A stretch of DNA of 64,000 bases. Source: a virus. Positions 11,391 through 20,859 of the stretch are shown here, in pieces. Positions within the stretch are counted from its first letter, which is position 1. Each line of letters starts with the position of its first letter. A program made the position numbers and the translations under genes. Under the pieces are notes generated by a model. The model was not told the origin of the DNA. It did no database searches and worked only from the letters and a program-made list of their open reading frames with translations. Where the stretch lies: positions 32,001 to 96,000 of the IMG/VR virus record IMGVR_UViG_3300042566_000678, one strand, 5' to 3'.

Positions 11391-11806
11391 TACTTAATCC
11401 CTTGTCTTAATTGTTCTAATTCTTGTTCGATTTCTTCTAACTTATCATCAGTCTTTTGCTCAATTTTTGTAGCAGTATCTTCAATCTCTTCCATCAACTG
11501 CTTTCTATCTTCATCACTTAACCATCCATCTTCACCATTACTCTTACCTTCCGCAAGAATCAATCGTTGAGCAATAGTAGCCATCTTAACTAAATGGTCA
11601 TCGTTACTAATTGATGCATTAATTAATTGTGTAATCATCGGTGTTAGTTGTATAGCATCTTGTGGATTACGAATTAACTTGCGTAATTCCTCAATAAGAC
11701 CTGAAATGTTTTTCTTTTTACCTTGTTGGTTTTCGTATATATCTTTTAATAAGGAAGAAAATGATTTTCCTTTAAAGATTTCAAAATCCATATCAATATT
11801 ACCCAT
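11390..11806 (-). CDS. Hypothetical helical protein
   Basis: Start moved to ATG 11806, downstream of a terminator and the ATATTTAT motif. Confidence 0.5.
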   Translation of the reverse strand: MGNIDMDFEIFKGKSFSSLLKDIYENQQGKKKNISGLIEELRKLIRNPQDAIQLTPMITQLINASISNDDHLVKMATIAQRLILAEGKSNGEDGWLSDEDRKQLMEEIEDTATKIEQKTDDKLEEIEQELEQLRQGIK

Positions 11807-11841
11807 AATAACTCTTTGTTTAGTATAAATATCGTACATAG

Positions 11842-11866
11842 AAAAAAGGTGGTACAAGACCACCTT
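11842..11866 (-). terminator. Intrinsic terminator
   Basis: AAGGTGGT/ACCACCTT stem with a T tail on the minus strand, right after the sigma-like gene. Confidence 0.75.
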
Positions 11867-11870
11867 CTAA

Positions 11871-12599
11871 CTACCTTTTAATTGTTTTTGCCCAAAATGG
11901 GTCATTTTCATCATCCATTATATCACCATCATCTAAAAATTGGTCATATAACTTAACTTGTGTTTCTTTCATTTTAGCCACAACCTTTGTAATATAGTGT
12001 GTTTTGTGACCTGTCATCTCTCTTACCAAAAGGTATAAAGATTTCTTATTAAAACTTTCTATGTATTCTGCTCTACGGAATAATTCTAAAATAGAATCTG
12101 CAATCTGAATATCTCTTTTCTTTGTAAAAATACGATTTAGATTTTCATCCCAATATTGAAGCATCCTATCGTTAAATATTTTGAACTCTTCATTATGTTG
12201 TGTTTCTTTGAAATCATTTTCAGGGTTCCAATTCTCTGGCATCTCTGAAATCTTTGATGTACTTTTGTATCTTTTATAATTGGAGTTGTTATTTAAGATT
12301 AAATAGTTTCTAACTGCAATTGTAAAGTATGAGAATGCTTTTCCTTTATCCTGTTGGTATTTGTGTATTTTTTCCAATAAGAAAGAAATAACTTCTTGTT
12401 TCGTATCTTCTTTATCATCATCAAAGTAAGTAAATTTCCAAGTGTTCAAAACATTCTCTGCTAACTTATAAAAAGAATAGTAGATATGGTCTCTAAACAG
12501 TATGTTACGTTCTCTTTCGCTTGTTGAGTTATTGTATGCTATTATAGCAGCTTCAGTTTCTTCCGTAAAGTAACGGGTATCTTTTTTCTTCCTTCCCAC
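11871..12599 (-). CDS. Phage RNA polymerase sigma factor (T4 gp55-like)
   Basis: FYKLAEN...F.Y...D..QE...EKI.KY...KGKAFSYFT region-2-like motif. GTG start. Confidence 0.7.
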   Translation of the reverse strand: MGRKKKDTRYFTEETEAAIIAYNNSTSERERNILFRDHIYYSFYKLAENVLNTWKFTYFDDDKEDTKQEVISFLLEKIHKYQQDKGKAFSYFTIAVRNYLILNNNSNYKRYKSTSKISEMPENWNPENDFKETQHNEEFKIFNDRMLQYWDENLNRIFTKKRDIQIADSILELFRRAEYIESFNKKSLYLLVREMTGHKTHYITKVVAKMKETQVKLYDQFLDDGDIMDDENDPFWAKTIKR

Positions 12600-12601
12600 T
12601 A

Positions 12602-12874
12602 TTATTCCCCCTCTTCTTTACCAAACTCCGAATTTAATAGTTGTTCGTTTCTTTCCACCACATTTTTTAAATCTGCAAATACAGAACCAACTTCATCATC
12701 GGATTCAAATGCCCCAGTAGAATCTATATCTTTCATAGTTTTATAGATTCCTCTAAATATAGTTAGATTGCTTTCAATCTCATCTTCTAATACTTCTAAT
12801 TTGCGAAATAAATTATAATTCACATAAACCGAAGCAATCAAAAGAGAAGATACAATTAGTGTTGTTACTATCAT
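12602..12874 (-). CDS. Hypothetical membrane-anchored protein
   Basis: N-terminal hydrophobic helix, then coiled coil. Confidence 0.5.
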   Translation of the reverse strand: MIVTTLIVSSLLIASVYVNYNLFRKLEVLEDEIESNLTIFRGIYKTMKDIDSTGAFESDDEVGSVFADLKNVVERNEQLLNSEFGKEEGE

Positions 12875-12875
12875 A

Positions 12876-13493
12876 TTAAATTACTTCATATCCAGCGTGT
12901 AAGTATTCCTGAACTTTCTTCTTTTTAACCATTTCAGTTTTACCTTCTGGAGATTTTAACATTAACTTTTCATTTCTACCCAATTTATCATAAGAAGATT
13001 TTTCAACGGTTGTAGTATATTGTCTATCACGAATTGTTAAACCATTTAAATGGTCAATCTCATGCTGAACACATACTGCTTCTAATAAATCAACATCATC
13101 CATTAATTCATAACCATCTTTGTATTCTCTGCGAGATGTACCAAAATGCAACTCATCTGAATAGTTATCAGCTTTAATTGTAACTTCATAGTTACGGATA
13201 GTCTTTAATGGTTTTTCTAATGTCTTTGGAATAGATAAACAACCTTCTAAATAAATTAAAGTGTCCTCACTACTTTTAACAATAGTAGGATTTACCAAAA
13301 TCATAGGTTCTTCTCTTATGTTGATTACACAAATACGTTTGTTTAACCCAATTTGATTTGCACTCATACCTAAACACTTATGTTCTACGATAGCAGTTAA
13401 AAGTGCAGCGGATGCTAACTCTTGCTCTACATTATCAAACTTTGTGTTTGGAATAGGTTGTTTTAGTGCATGAATATCTGTTACTAATTTCAT
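12876..13493 (-). CDS. def: Peptide deformylase
   Basis: All three motifs present: GMSANQIG, EGCLS, QHEIDHLNG. Confidence 0.95.
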   Translation of the reverse strand: MKLVTDIHALKQPIPNTKFDNVEQELASAALLTAIVEHKCLGMSANQIGLNKRICVINIREEPMILVNPTIVKSSEDTLIYLEGCLSIPKTLEKPLKTIRNYEVTIKADNYSDELHFGTSRREYKDGYELMDDVDLLEAVCVQHEIDHLNGLTIRDRQYTTTVEKSSYDKLGRNEKLMLKSPEGKTEMVKKKKVQEYLHAGYEVI

Positions 13494-13517
13494 TTGTTTT
13501 ATTTTTATTTACTTTTA

Positions 13518-13549
13518 CAAATATACAACTTTTAAATGATTTTACCAAA
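13518..13549 (-). promoter_or_regulatory. Bacteroidota-type primary sigma promoter
   Basis: TTTG-N20-TATATTTG upstream of def. Confidence 0.75.
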
Positions 13550-13552
13550 TAA

Positions 13553-14137
13553 TTAATGGGTTTTGTGAATTACAATAAGATTACTAGCCCCGTTTGGCTG
13601 AATATTATTATCACCTACTACTTTTTTAAGTACTTCAAATTCATTATTAAATAATACACTACCACCCCCAGCTTCAATATCTTCTATTACATAATAACCA
13701 CCAACTTTTACTCTATTGAATAAATTGGTAATTGTATCCAGTTGTGCTTCCCATTTGTGCCAACCATCATCAATGATAATATCAAAATCCATATTTTTTA
13801 GAGTAGTATCACATGCTTCTTTACTTGTTGAATCAAAAAGGAATGTTTGGATTCTTTCTTCTGTAAATTGTGTATCTTCCTGAATATCCCCACCATATAT
13901 AAAAGATTTACCAAAATATTCTTTCCAAACCCGTAAGGATGCGCCTGGCTTGTAATTTTGTATTTGGGTACTTGCCATAGAACTTTGAGCTCCTCTTATT
14001 ATTGTACCAATACCAATTTCCAATATGTGTAGTTCATTATCTTTAATTGGTTCAAATATTTCAGTATAGGTTGAAGTGTATCCACTTAAATTTTTATCAC
14101 TACCAAATTTGTTAATTATTTCTGTTAATGTTTTCAT
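13553..14137 (-). CDS. Class I SAM-dependent methyltransferase
   Basis: ILEIGIG...GASLRVWKEYF...DIIIDDG.H...GGYYVIED. Confidence 0.8.
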   Translation of the reverse strand: MKTLTEIINKFGSDKNLSGYTSTYTEIFEPIKDNELHILEIGIGTIIRGAQSSMASTQIQNYKPGASLRVWKEYFGKSFIYGGDIQEDTQFTEERIQTFLFDSTSKEACDTTLKNMDFDIIIDDGWHKWEAQLDTITNLFNRVKVGGYYVIEDIEAGGGSVLFNNEFEVLKKVVGDNNIQPNGASNLIVIHKTH

Positions 14138-14139
14138 AT

Positions 14140-14772
14140 TTAAAATAAATTATAATATTCTTTTAATTGTAAATCTTTTTGTTTAATTGGATTTAATGTT
14201 GGTGTTAAATCTGCGTTTTCTAATGTACCAGAAACTTCTCCATTTAGTTTAAAACCTGTAATTTTGTAGTTTTGTTTACCACCATTTCTATTTTTAACAA
14301 ATAACCAATCATCACCACCCCATAATTTCATTTCAAATGGAATATTTAACCAGCTATTCTTATGTATAAAGAAAGCACATGCAAATCCACCATTTCTATG
14401 AGTTATAGGTTCTAAACCAAACTCGTTTGATGGATTATCAAAGTTCTCCTCTGCCATTCCTATCATTGCTATATCTTCGGTTATATGGGGTTCTAATGTG
14501 TGTAAAATATCCCAATCAAACCATAAATCATCATTTAATACTAATAATTTATCATATTTAGCCAATGATACACCTTTATTCCAAGCCGGGTTGATATAAG
14601 TGTTCTTTTCTTCTTTAATGTGATTTAGTTTCTTCAATTTTAATGAATCCACGTCCATTTCGGAATTATCTATTAGGATAATCTCACCAACTAACGGATG
14701 TTTATCTAATTCAGTAAGAGTTTCTTTAAATCTCTCACATTTCCACATTGTTAATGCTACAACTGAATACAT
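14140..14772 (-). CDS. Glycosyltransferase family 2-like
   Basis: EIILIDN, N.AWN.G, LNDD and WGGDDW motifs. Confidence 0.8.
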   Translation of the reverse strand: MYSVVALTMWKCERFKETLTELDKHPLVGEIILIDNSEMDVDSLKLKKLNHIKEEKNTYINPAWNKGVSLAKYDKLLVLNDDLWFDWDILHTLEPHITEDIAMIGMAEENFDNPSNEFGLEPITHRNGGFACAFFIHKNSWLNIPFEMKLWGGDDWLFVKNRNGGKQNYKITGFKLNGEVSGTLENADLTPTLNPIKQKDLQLKEYYNLF

Positions 14773-14775
14773 ATT

Positions 14776-15768
14776 TTAGTTTTTCCAAAATGAGTAAATA
14801 CCATTATCTATCTCATACGAATCCCAAACGAATTGTTCTCTTTTAGGTTGCTTTTGAGCCCACTCCCACATATCCTTCAATCCATCTTCTAATTCCATTT
14901 TGTGTTCAAACCCCAATATATCAATTGATTTCTGCCAAGTTGGAATAGCATGTTTTACTTCATGTCTACCCTCTTTGTATTCGATTGTACCACCACCAAT
15001 TACTTTTTGTAATACTTTACACGCATCGTTGATTGTCCATTCCTCTACGCCACCTAAATTGATAATTTCTTTAGATGCTTCTGGTAAGATTGCTGATTTC
15101 CATAGTGGTTCAACAATATCATCAATACAACTGAATGCTCTAGTCTGTTCTCCATCGCCAAATATAGTCATAGGCTTGTCATTTAGGTGTTGGTACATCC
15201 AAATACCTAAAACATTACGATATTTATCCCAAATGTTCTGATTTCTACCATAAACGTTGTGTGGGCGGATGATACACCAATCTAAACCATGTTGTTCTCC
15301 TGCAATCTGAATATCCATCTCACAGCCATACTTTGCTACTCCATACGGGTCAATCGGTGCTTGTTGTTGGTTCTCATCAAAGATTCCACCTTCACCATGT
15401 CCATATACTGCAAGAGTTGATGTAAATACCAACCTCTTAACATTATATTTAATACAATTGTTTACAATTTTAGCAGTTGCAACTAAATTGTTCTCATAGT
15501 TATACTTTCTGATAAATGGTGATAATCCTTCTGCTGCATAAGCCGCTAAATGGAACACATAATCAAACTTATACACCTCAAAACAATTTTCAATTGGATG
15601 GTTGACAATATCTTGATTCCAAAACTTTACTTTTGGGTTAATATTCTCTATATATCCACCACTTAAATCATCAATACCTACTACTTCTGCTTCTGGTACA
15701 TTTTCTATGATGTAATCTGCTAATCTACTACCTAGTAATCCAGCTACACCTGTAATTAATACTTTCAT
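14776..15768 (-). CDS. NAD-dependent nucleotide-sugar epimerase/dehydratase
   Basis: TGVAGLLGS, HLAA, YGVAK and NVYG motifs. Confidence 0.9.
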   Translation of the reverse strand: MKVLITGVAGLLGSRLADYIIENVPEAEVVGIDDLSGGYIENINPKVKFWNQDIVNHPIENCFEVYKFDYVFHLAAYAAEGLSPFIRKYNYENNLVATAKIVNNCIKYNVKRLVFTSTLAVYGHGEGGIFDENQQQAPIDPYGVAKYGCEMDIQIAGEQHGLDWCIIRPHNVYGRNQNIWDKYRNVLGIWMYQHLNDKPMTIFGDGEQTRAFSCIDDIVEPLWKSAILPEASKEIINLGGVEEWTINDACKVLQKVIGGGTIEYKEGRHEVKHAIPTWQKSIDILGFEHKMELEDGLKDMWEWAQKQPKREQFVWDSYEIDNGIYSFWKN

Positions 15769-16334
15769 TATTTCCTCTTTAATATAGTTAAACCATTGTT
15801 ATTTGTATATCTTTCGTGTAATTCCCAATGTGGGTTTACGTCTAAAAATTCTTCAATTGCTTTCCACAATCCTTTACCTTCTTCTTTATTTGCTACATTT
15901 GGGTCATTTGTATAGATTTCACCAACAGATTCAAATAAAGTTGTATCGTGGAATGCAATATATTTTCTTGCTTTATTGCCATGCAATTCTAACTCAATTT
16001 TTAATTGGTCATAGTGATGTAAAGTATCAATAAATAAAAAATCAGTTTCTTCAATTGTTAAATTACGAGTATCTGCTTTTTCAAACTTAAAATCAATATC
16101 ATGCATTCCTGCTAATTCATATACAACATTCATACCAGGTGAATCATTGTAATCATATGAAATTAAAGTTTTAGGATTACCCATCATAAACGCAAATGTA
16201 GATACTATCCAACGAACACCCATTTCGGTAATGTGTTCGCATTCTTCTGCGTATTTTTTTAATGTAGGTAAATGTTCGTTAATATCAGATGGAGTCTGAC
16301 AACGTTGGTTGTAAATTGCTTCTAGTGGAGACAT
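15768..16334 (-). CDS. SAM-dependent methyltransferase (Methyltransf_24-like)
   Basis: EMGVR, DFLFIDTLH.Y and IAFHD motifs. Confidence 0.75.
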   Translation of the reverse strand: MSPLEAIYNQRCQTPSDINEHLPTLKKYAEECEHITEMGVRWIVSTFAFMMGNPKTLISYDYNDSPGMNVVYELAGMHDIDFKFEKADTRNLTIEETDFLFIDTLHHYDQLKIELELHGNKARKYIAFHDTTLFESVGEIYTNDPNVANKEEGKGLWKAIEEFLDVNPHWELHERYTNNNGLTILKRK

Positions 16335-17250
16335 GTTTGATTGTTAATTCGTTAATAAAAGGTAGAATAGCTAATTCTTTTGCTTTTGCTTCTACCATAA
16401 TATCTACATCAATATTATAAGTATCTGGTAGATTTGTAATATAATCGGAATGTGCTTGTGGTTTTATTTTTGCATCACTTTCGTGTAACGCTTTGGATTC
16501 TGAATAATGAACTTCTGGCTTAACACCTGATTTGTTCCAAGTTGATACGGCAAGAATAAGTGCTTGTTGTTCTGATAAATCACCGGTACAGAATTGGTGG
16601 TGGTGATAATCAAATACAATTGGAATACCGATTTTATGATGGATATACATTAAATCTTTTACAGAGTACATACTGGCCTTATCATCATTTTCCACAGTCA
16701 ATCGTTTCCTTACACTGTCAGAGAGTTTCGTAAAGTTTTCACAGAATCTATCCATAGCAGATTGTTTATCTCCGTAGACACCATTACAATGAATATTAAT
16801 ATTGTTGTATGGTGTTTGGGATAATCCCATAAGGTCAAATACTTTACCATGTAGTTCTAAATCCGTGAAAGTGTTTTGGACTACTTTTTGGTTGGGGGAA
16901 ACCAATACGTTGAAAGGACCTGGATGCGAATTAATACGCAAACCATTTTCTTTAGCATAAGTACCACATCCTTTGAGTATATTTGCTATTTTATTGTAAT
17001 CAGGTAAATCTTCTAAATTGTATTCACTACCCCACGGAAACACATCGGATGAAATACGAAATAGTTTGATATTATTCTTTACATTCCATTTGATAATCTC
17101 AAATAGGTCACGTGCGTTCTGCAATCCTAATTCGGATGCATAAGCAATACCACGTTCATTGAATGTTTTTTTGACCATACTACGATTGGTAGTAATTCGT
17201 GGAGTCTGTGCTCCCAATGTCATATTGATACAAGCGTAACCTAAATTCAT
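16285..17250 (-). CDS. uvsE: UV DNA damage endonuclease
   Basis: LGYAC, FRISS, HPG.F, ENDD, FDYHHH, HSDY and EAKAKE motifs. Confidence 0.93.
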   Translation of the reverse strand: MNLGYACINMTLGAQTPRITTNRSMVKKTFNERGIAYASELGLQNARDLFEIIKWNVKNNIKLFRISSDVFPWGSEYNLEDLPDYNKIANILKGCGTYAKENGLRINSHPGPFNVLVSPNQKVVQNTFTDLELHGKVFDLMGLSQTPYNNINIHCNGVYGDKQSAMDRFCENFTKLSDSVRKRLTVENDDKASMYSVKDLMYIHHKIGIPIVFDYHHHQFCTGDLSEQQALILAVSTWNKSGVKPEVHYSESKALHESDAKIKPQAHSDYITNLPDTYNIDVDIMVEAKAKELAILPFINELTIKHVSTRSNLQPTLSDSI

Positions 17251-17312
17251 ATTTTTATAGTTTATAGTTTAACTGAAAATCAAATATACAAATAATTTTT
17301 GAGAAATCCTAA

Positions 17313-17552
17313 TTATATTTCCCATTTATTTTCTGGACAAGCAGTTTTTTCTGGTACAAATACTTTTGCTTTCAAAACACACCCACATTGTCCACATATT
17401 TTTATTTTACCAAAAATATCACCCGTCTCTGTTATAAACGGACATGCGTTGCATGTTTCTAAACGCTGTGCAGCAATTGCAGATTGTTCCGTTGTTGGGT
17501 CTACCATAACACGGTATGCGTTAAATATTTGTTGTATTTTAGATAATTTCAT
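17313..17552 (-). CDS. Small Cys-rich zinc-binding protein (DUF6171-like)
   Basis: RL..C..CP...C..CGC...K......CP..KW. Confidence 0.6.
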   Translation of the reverse strand: MKLSKIQQIFNAYRVMVDPTTEQSAIAAQRLETCNACPFITETGDIFGKIKICGQCGCVLKAKVFVPEKTACPENKWEI

Positions 17553-17553
17553 A

Positions 17554-18603
17554 TTAGTAACTTTTTTGTGTAAAATCTTCGTCTTCTTTTAATTTATTTA
17601 ACTCATTTTGATTACCATTATATGTACGCATCCAATATTTTATAGCATGTCTATCGTTAATCCATAGAGATTTATTATCCCAATCAAAATCTGGTAAGGT
17701 ATAATATGGTGCTTTTGGTGTAATTGAAACAACTTCTTCCGATGTTTCTTCTGGTTTTTCTTCTATTTTTTGGGGTTCTTCTACATCATCACCATAGATT
17801 TCATATAAACCTAATTTTTGGTCGTTTTCCATCATTTCGGTTAGAATTTTTTCTCTATTTTTAGGTTTTTTCTTCCTATCTTCTTCCATTGCAGTGTTAA
17901 ATGCGATGATAAGCGTTACTGCCATTGGGTCAAACACAAAAATTAGTAAAAATATGAAGAATTTTACAACTGAATTGATTGGTAAATCAAATGCTTCGGC
18001 GATAAACTTAAATCCACCGATTTCTCGCTCTAAATCTAGGTTATTATTCTTAATTTCGTTGATTTTTATGTTCCAAACTGCTATTGAATCGTTCAAAATA
18101 CCCATTTTGTTGGATAATTTGTTGATTTGTTTATCTCTGTTATCAATTGAACGGATTAATCGGTTATTTACCTTACCACTACCCAATAAAGTGCCTGAAT
18201 TTTGTTGTAGATTACCCATTTGTGAGTTAAGTTGAGCAATTTGTTGCTCATTTTGGGTAATTTTGCTTTGAAACACTCCAATTTCGCGTGTAACTACATC
18301 AGACTTGAGTGATGTTGATTGATATGCGTTGGATAAGAACCCAAAAATACCCGCCGATGTGATTACAACTAATATAACAACACCCAAAAGTAGGTAAAAA
18401 CGTAATAATTTGTTGGTTTCATCCCAAAACCTATGTAAATAGGACGCAGCAACGAGTTTAGCAATTTCTAATGATGTTCCCATCACTCCAACTGCTAAAC
18501 TCGCACCACTAAATAATAAAGCTAAACCCGTTACTGAAAAGAATGCTGCACATCCGGCGATTGCTAAAGCCGCAAATCCAACTAATAAAGTAAATGGTCT
18601 CAT
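17554..18603 (-). CDS. Membrane protein with a coiled-coil loop
   Basis: Three N-terminal TM helices, a coiled coil, then FIFLLIFVFDP helix. Confidence 0.6.
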   Translation of the reverse strand: MRPFTLLVGFAALAIAGCAAFFSVTGLALLFSGASLAVGVMGTSLEIAKLVAASYLHRFWDETNKLLRFYLLLGVVILVVITSAGIFGFLSNAYQSTSLKSDVVTREIGVFQSKITQNEQQIAQLNSQMGNLQQNSGTLLGSGKVNNRLIRSIDNRDKQINKLSNKMGILNDSIAVWNIKINEIKNNNLDLEREIGGFKFIAEAFDLPINSVVKFFIFLLIFVFDPMAVTLIIAFNTAMEEDRKKKPKNREKILTEMMENDQKLGLYEIYGDDVEEPQKIEEKPEETSEEVVSITPKAPYYTLPDFDWDNKSLWINDRHAIKYWMRTYNGNQNELNKLKEDEDFTQKSY

Positions 18604-18609
18604 TTGATT

Positions 18610-18801
18610 TTAGTATGGTCCTTCGTTGTTCTCTAAATCAACTAGCTCTCTAATCTTTTGAGAGGTGTAGCCAATTTCTTCGATTAATTTAATTGCATCG
18701 TCTTGGGTTGCTTGCGTTTCACCTTTGGCGATTTTCATTAAGTAATCTTTACGAACATCCACTCTTGATAATAGTTCTCTAACTTGGTCTCTGTATTTCA
18801 T
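18610..18801 (-). CDS. Hypothetical small protein
   Basis: 63 aa, preceded by both promoter types. Confidence 0.5.
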   Translation of the reverse strand: MKYRDQVRELLSRVDVRKDYLMKIAKGETQATQDDAIKLIEEIGYTSQKIRELVDLENNEGPY

Positions 18802-18830
18802 AAAACATTTCTTTATTATAAATATGGTAA

Positions 18831-18857
18831 AAAATAAAAGGGTAGAAAATCTACCCT
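18831..18857 (-). terminator. Intrinsic terminator
   Basis: AGGGTAGA/TCTACCCT stem with a T-rich tail, after hsp20. Confidence 0.7.
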
Positions 18858-18883
18858 CTTATTACAAATATACGAAACAAATT

Positions 18884-19267
18884 TTACTTTAACAACTTTA
18901 TTGGTAGTTTTTTTGCTAATGTATCCTCTTTCTTTGGAATAACGATTAAAAGGATACCATTTTTAATTGAGCATTCTGCTTTTTCTAAATCGTAATCTTT
19001 GTTGATTGTAATTGTATCATCAATCTCCTTAATTAAATTGGATTGGATACTCTCAACATCTTCTTTTTTAGCCTTTACTTTTAAAATGTTGTTATTGGCC
19101 TCTACTGTAACATCTTCTTGCCCATACCCTAATACAGAATAGGCAATTTCTAATTGTACATCATCTTTTGACTGATATACTGCGTTGTGTGATAAACGAA
19201 CTACCGAAGATTTTTCGGTTGTTGGTGTGTTTTGTAATCTACTCATTTCTTGTAATAATTCAAACAT
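18884..19267 (-). CDS. Small heat shock protein (Hsp20/alpha-crystallin)
   Basis: G...EDV.VE...N.L.V...A.C..KNGIL.I.IPK. ATG 19267 preferred as start. Confidence 0.85.
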   Translation of the reverse strand: MFELLQEMSRLQNTPTTEKSSVVRLSHNAVYQSKDDVQLEIAYSVLGYGQEDVTVEANNNILKVKAKKEDVESIQSNLIKEIDDTITINKDYDLEKAECSIKNGILLIVIPKKEDTLAKKLPIKLLK

Positions 19268-19355
19268 ATTATTTTTATTTAGGTTAAACAATTAAATTAT
19301 ACCATAGTATTATCAATTGTCATACCACATATAAAATACTGACAAATTGTCATAA

Positions 19356-20000
19356 TTATTCATTATTTTGTGACTCGATTACTGTACTCATATGGTCAGC
19401 CCAATGCATTATGTAAGGAATTTTATATTTCATTCGTTTAGTGGTATCAAAAACTTTTAGATATTTTACATTATCCTCATCATACATACCATCTGTAAGT
19501 TTCATTCCAAAATATTCAGCTTCCGAAACCTCAATTCCATATTGCTGTAATAAGAACATAGTTCTATCGGTATGAGTCATATGTGATAACTCTGGATTAG
19601 CTATAAATACTTTACCTTGATTTTTAACGTGCCATTCTGATTGGTTTACTACATAGTATGGTTTACCTTTAGTACCCAACTTACCTAAATCGTGATGTAA
19701 TGCACAGAAAATTAATTCTTCATCTGTAAAATCGGTTGTACCACCCATAGAAACAAATAGTTCCTTTACCTTTAATGCATTTTTACATACATTAAAAATA
19801 TGGTCTATGTATCCACCTTCGTAGCAATTATGATACCCCTTATTGCCACTTGCAGGTGATAGAGCTAAACTAACTCCCAATTCCCCTTCGGAATACATGT
19901 GTAGTAATTTGTTTAACCTATCACCACTAAAGTATTTGTTGACAATACCAATGAACCTATCGTAATTTTTCTGTAACTCTTCGTTTGTATATTTTTTCAT
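19356..20000 (-). CDS. HD-domain phosphohydrolase
   Basis: PAS...YH..Y.GG..DH, LHHDLGK and WAD motifs. Confidence 0.85.
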   Translation of the reverse strand: MKKYTNEELQKNYDRFIGIVNKYFSGDRLNKLLHMYSEGELGVSLALSPASGNKGYHNCYEGGYIDHIFNVCKNALKVKELFVSMGGTTDFTDEELIFCALHHDLGKLGTKGKPYYVVNQSEWHVKNQGKVFIANPELSHMTHTDRTMFLLQQYGIEVSEAEYFGMKLTDGMYDEDNVKYLKVFDTTKRMKYKIPYIMHWADHMSTVIESQNNE

Positions 20001-20002
20001 AA

Positions 20003-20329
20003 CTATTTTTTTCTTTTTACTAAATTTTCTTGTGTAATTATTTTGTAAAGTAATTCTACATCTTCCTCTGTTTCTAAAAGCGGGAGTTCCCCGTAATCAA
20101 ATACAGATATTTTGTATTCTCCTTTTTTTACTCCAATAATATTACATTCATCGGAAGCAGTACTTAATAAAGCAGGACGAGCTGACATATCACCATCCCA
20201 ATTATTAGGTAAAGGTAAAATGTAGTAGTGATAAACTTCACCTGTTTCATCATTTTCTTCTTCATGTTTAATAGCGTTCCATTTTTTAAAAGAAGCGTCT
20301 GTAATAGGTGTTTTAGGAAATGTTAGCAT
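20003..20329 (-). CDS. Hypothetical protein, probable paralog of 47938-48213
   Basis: Shared IT...Y.YY.L.L...LL...DE pattern. Confidence 0.5.
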   Translation of the reverse strand: MLTFPKTPITDASFKKWNAIKHEEENDETGEVYHYYILPLPNNWDGDMSARPALLSTASDECNIIGVKKGEYKISVFDYGELPLLETEEDVELLYKIITQENLVKRKK

Positions 20330-20402
20330 GAAATAATTGACATTTTAAATTTGAACTCAAAGTTACAAAATTTTGAGCACATAATCAAATAATTTCAGAC
20401 TT

Positions 20403-20816
20403 TTATTTTGAAGTAGTAACTAATGTAGGTTCAGTTTGTTTTTTAGCTCTTTTTCTCTTTGGTTTTACAGCTATTAACTCTTTAACTTTTATATCAACAA
20501 TAAGGTCTCTGATTTCAGCGCAGATTTCATACTCTTCTGTTTTTTCGTAGTACTTAATCAATTCAGCTAAAAATAAAGTATAATCTTTTGATTTGATTGT
20601 TGCGTAGATTTTTGTTTCTTGGAAACGTAAGATGGCAACCTCATCCAGTTTATGTTCAAGTGAATACTTTATAGTATCATACAAATGTGGGAATATGGTA
20701 TCTTTATTATCAGAAATATATTTTTTGATGGATTCCGAAGCATCCTCCCCAAAATAATCTTTCCAATCAACTTTAGCGTACATATCCGTAATTTTTAATA
20801 ACTTGCGTACATCCAT
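20403..20816 (-). CDS. Hypothetical protein with a UVR-like motif
   Basis: EEYE.CAEIRD and a basic tail. Confidence 0.5.
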   Translation of the reverse strand: MDVRKLLKITDMYAKVDWKDYFGEDASESIKKYISDNKDTIFPHLYDTIKYSLEHKLDEVAILRFQETKIYATIKSKDYTLFLAELIKYYEKTEEYEICAEIRDLIVDIKVKELIAVKPKRKRAKKQTEPTLVTTSK

Positions 20817-20859
20817 ATTCTTCTATAAATATAAAGAGTTAGATTAAAACTTTAAGAAA

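Noticed and set aside
20003-20329. MLTFPK protein as an MLTIxN member
   Set aside because: It shares ATGCTAAC but lacks IxN and the rest of the skeleton. It resembles 47938-48213 instead.
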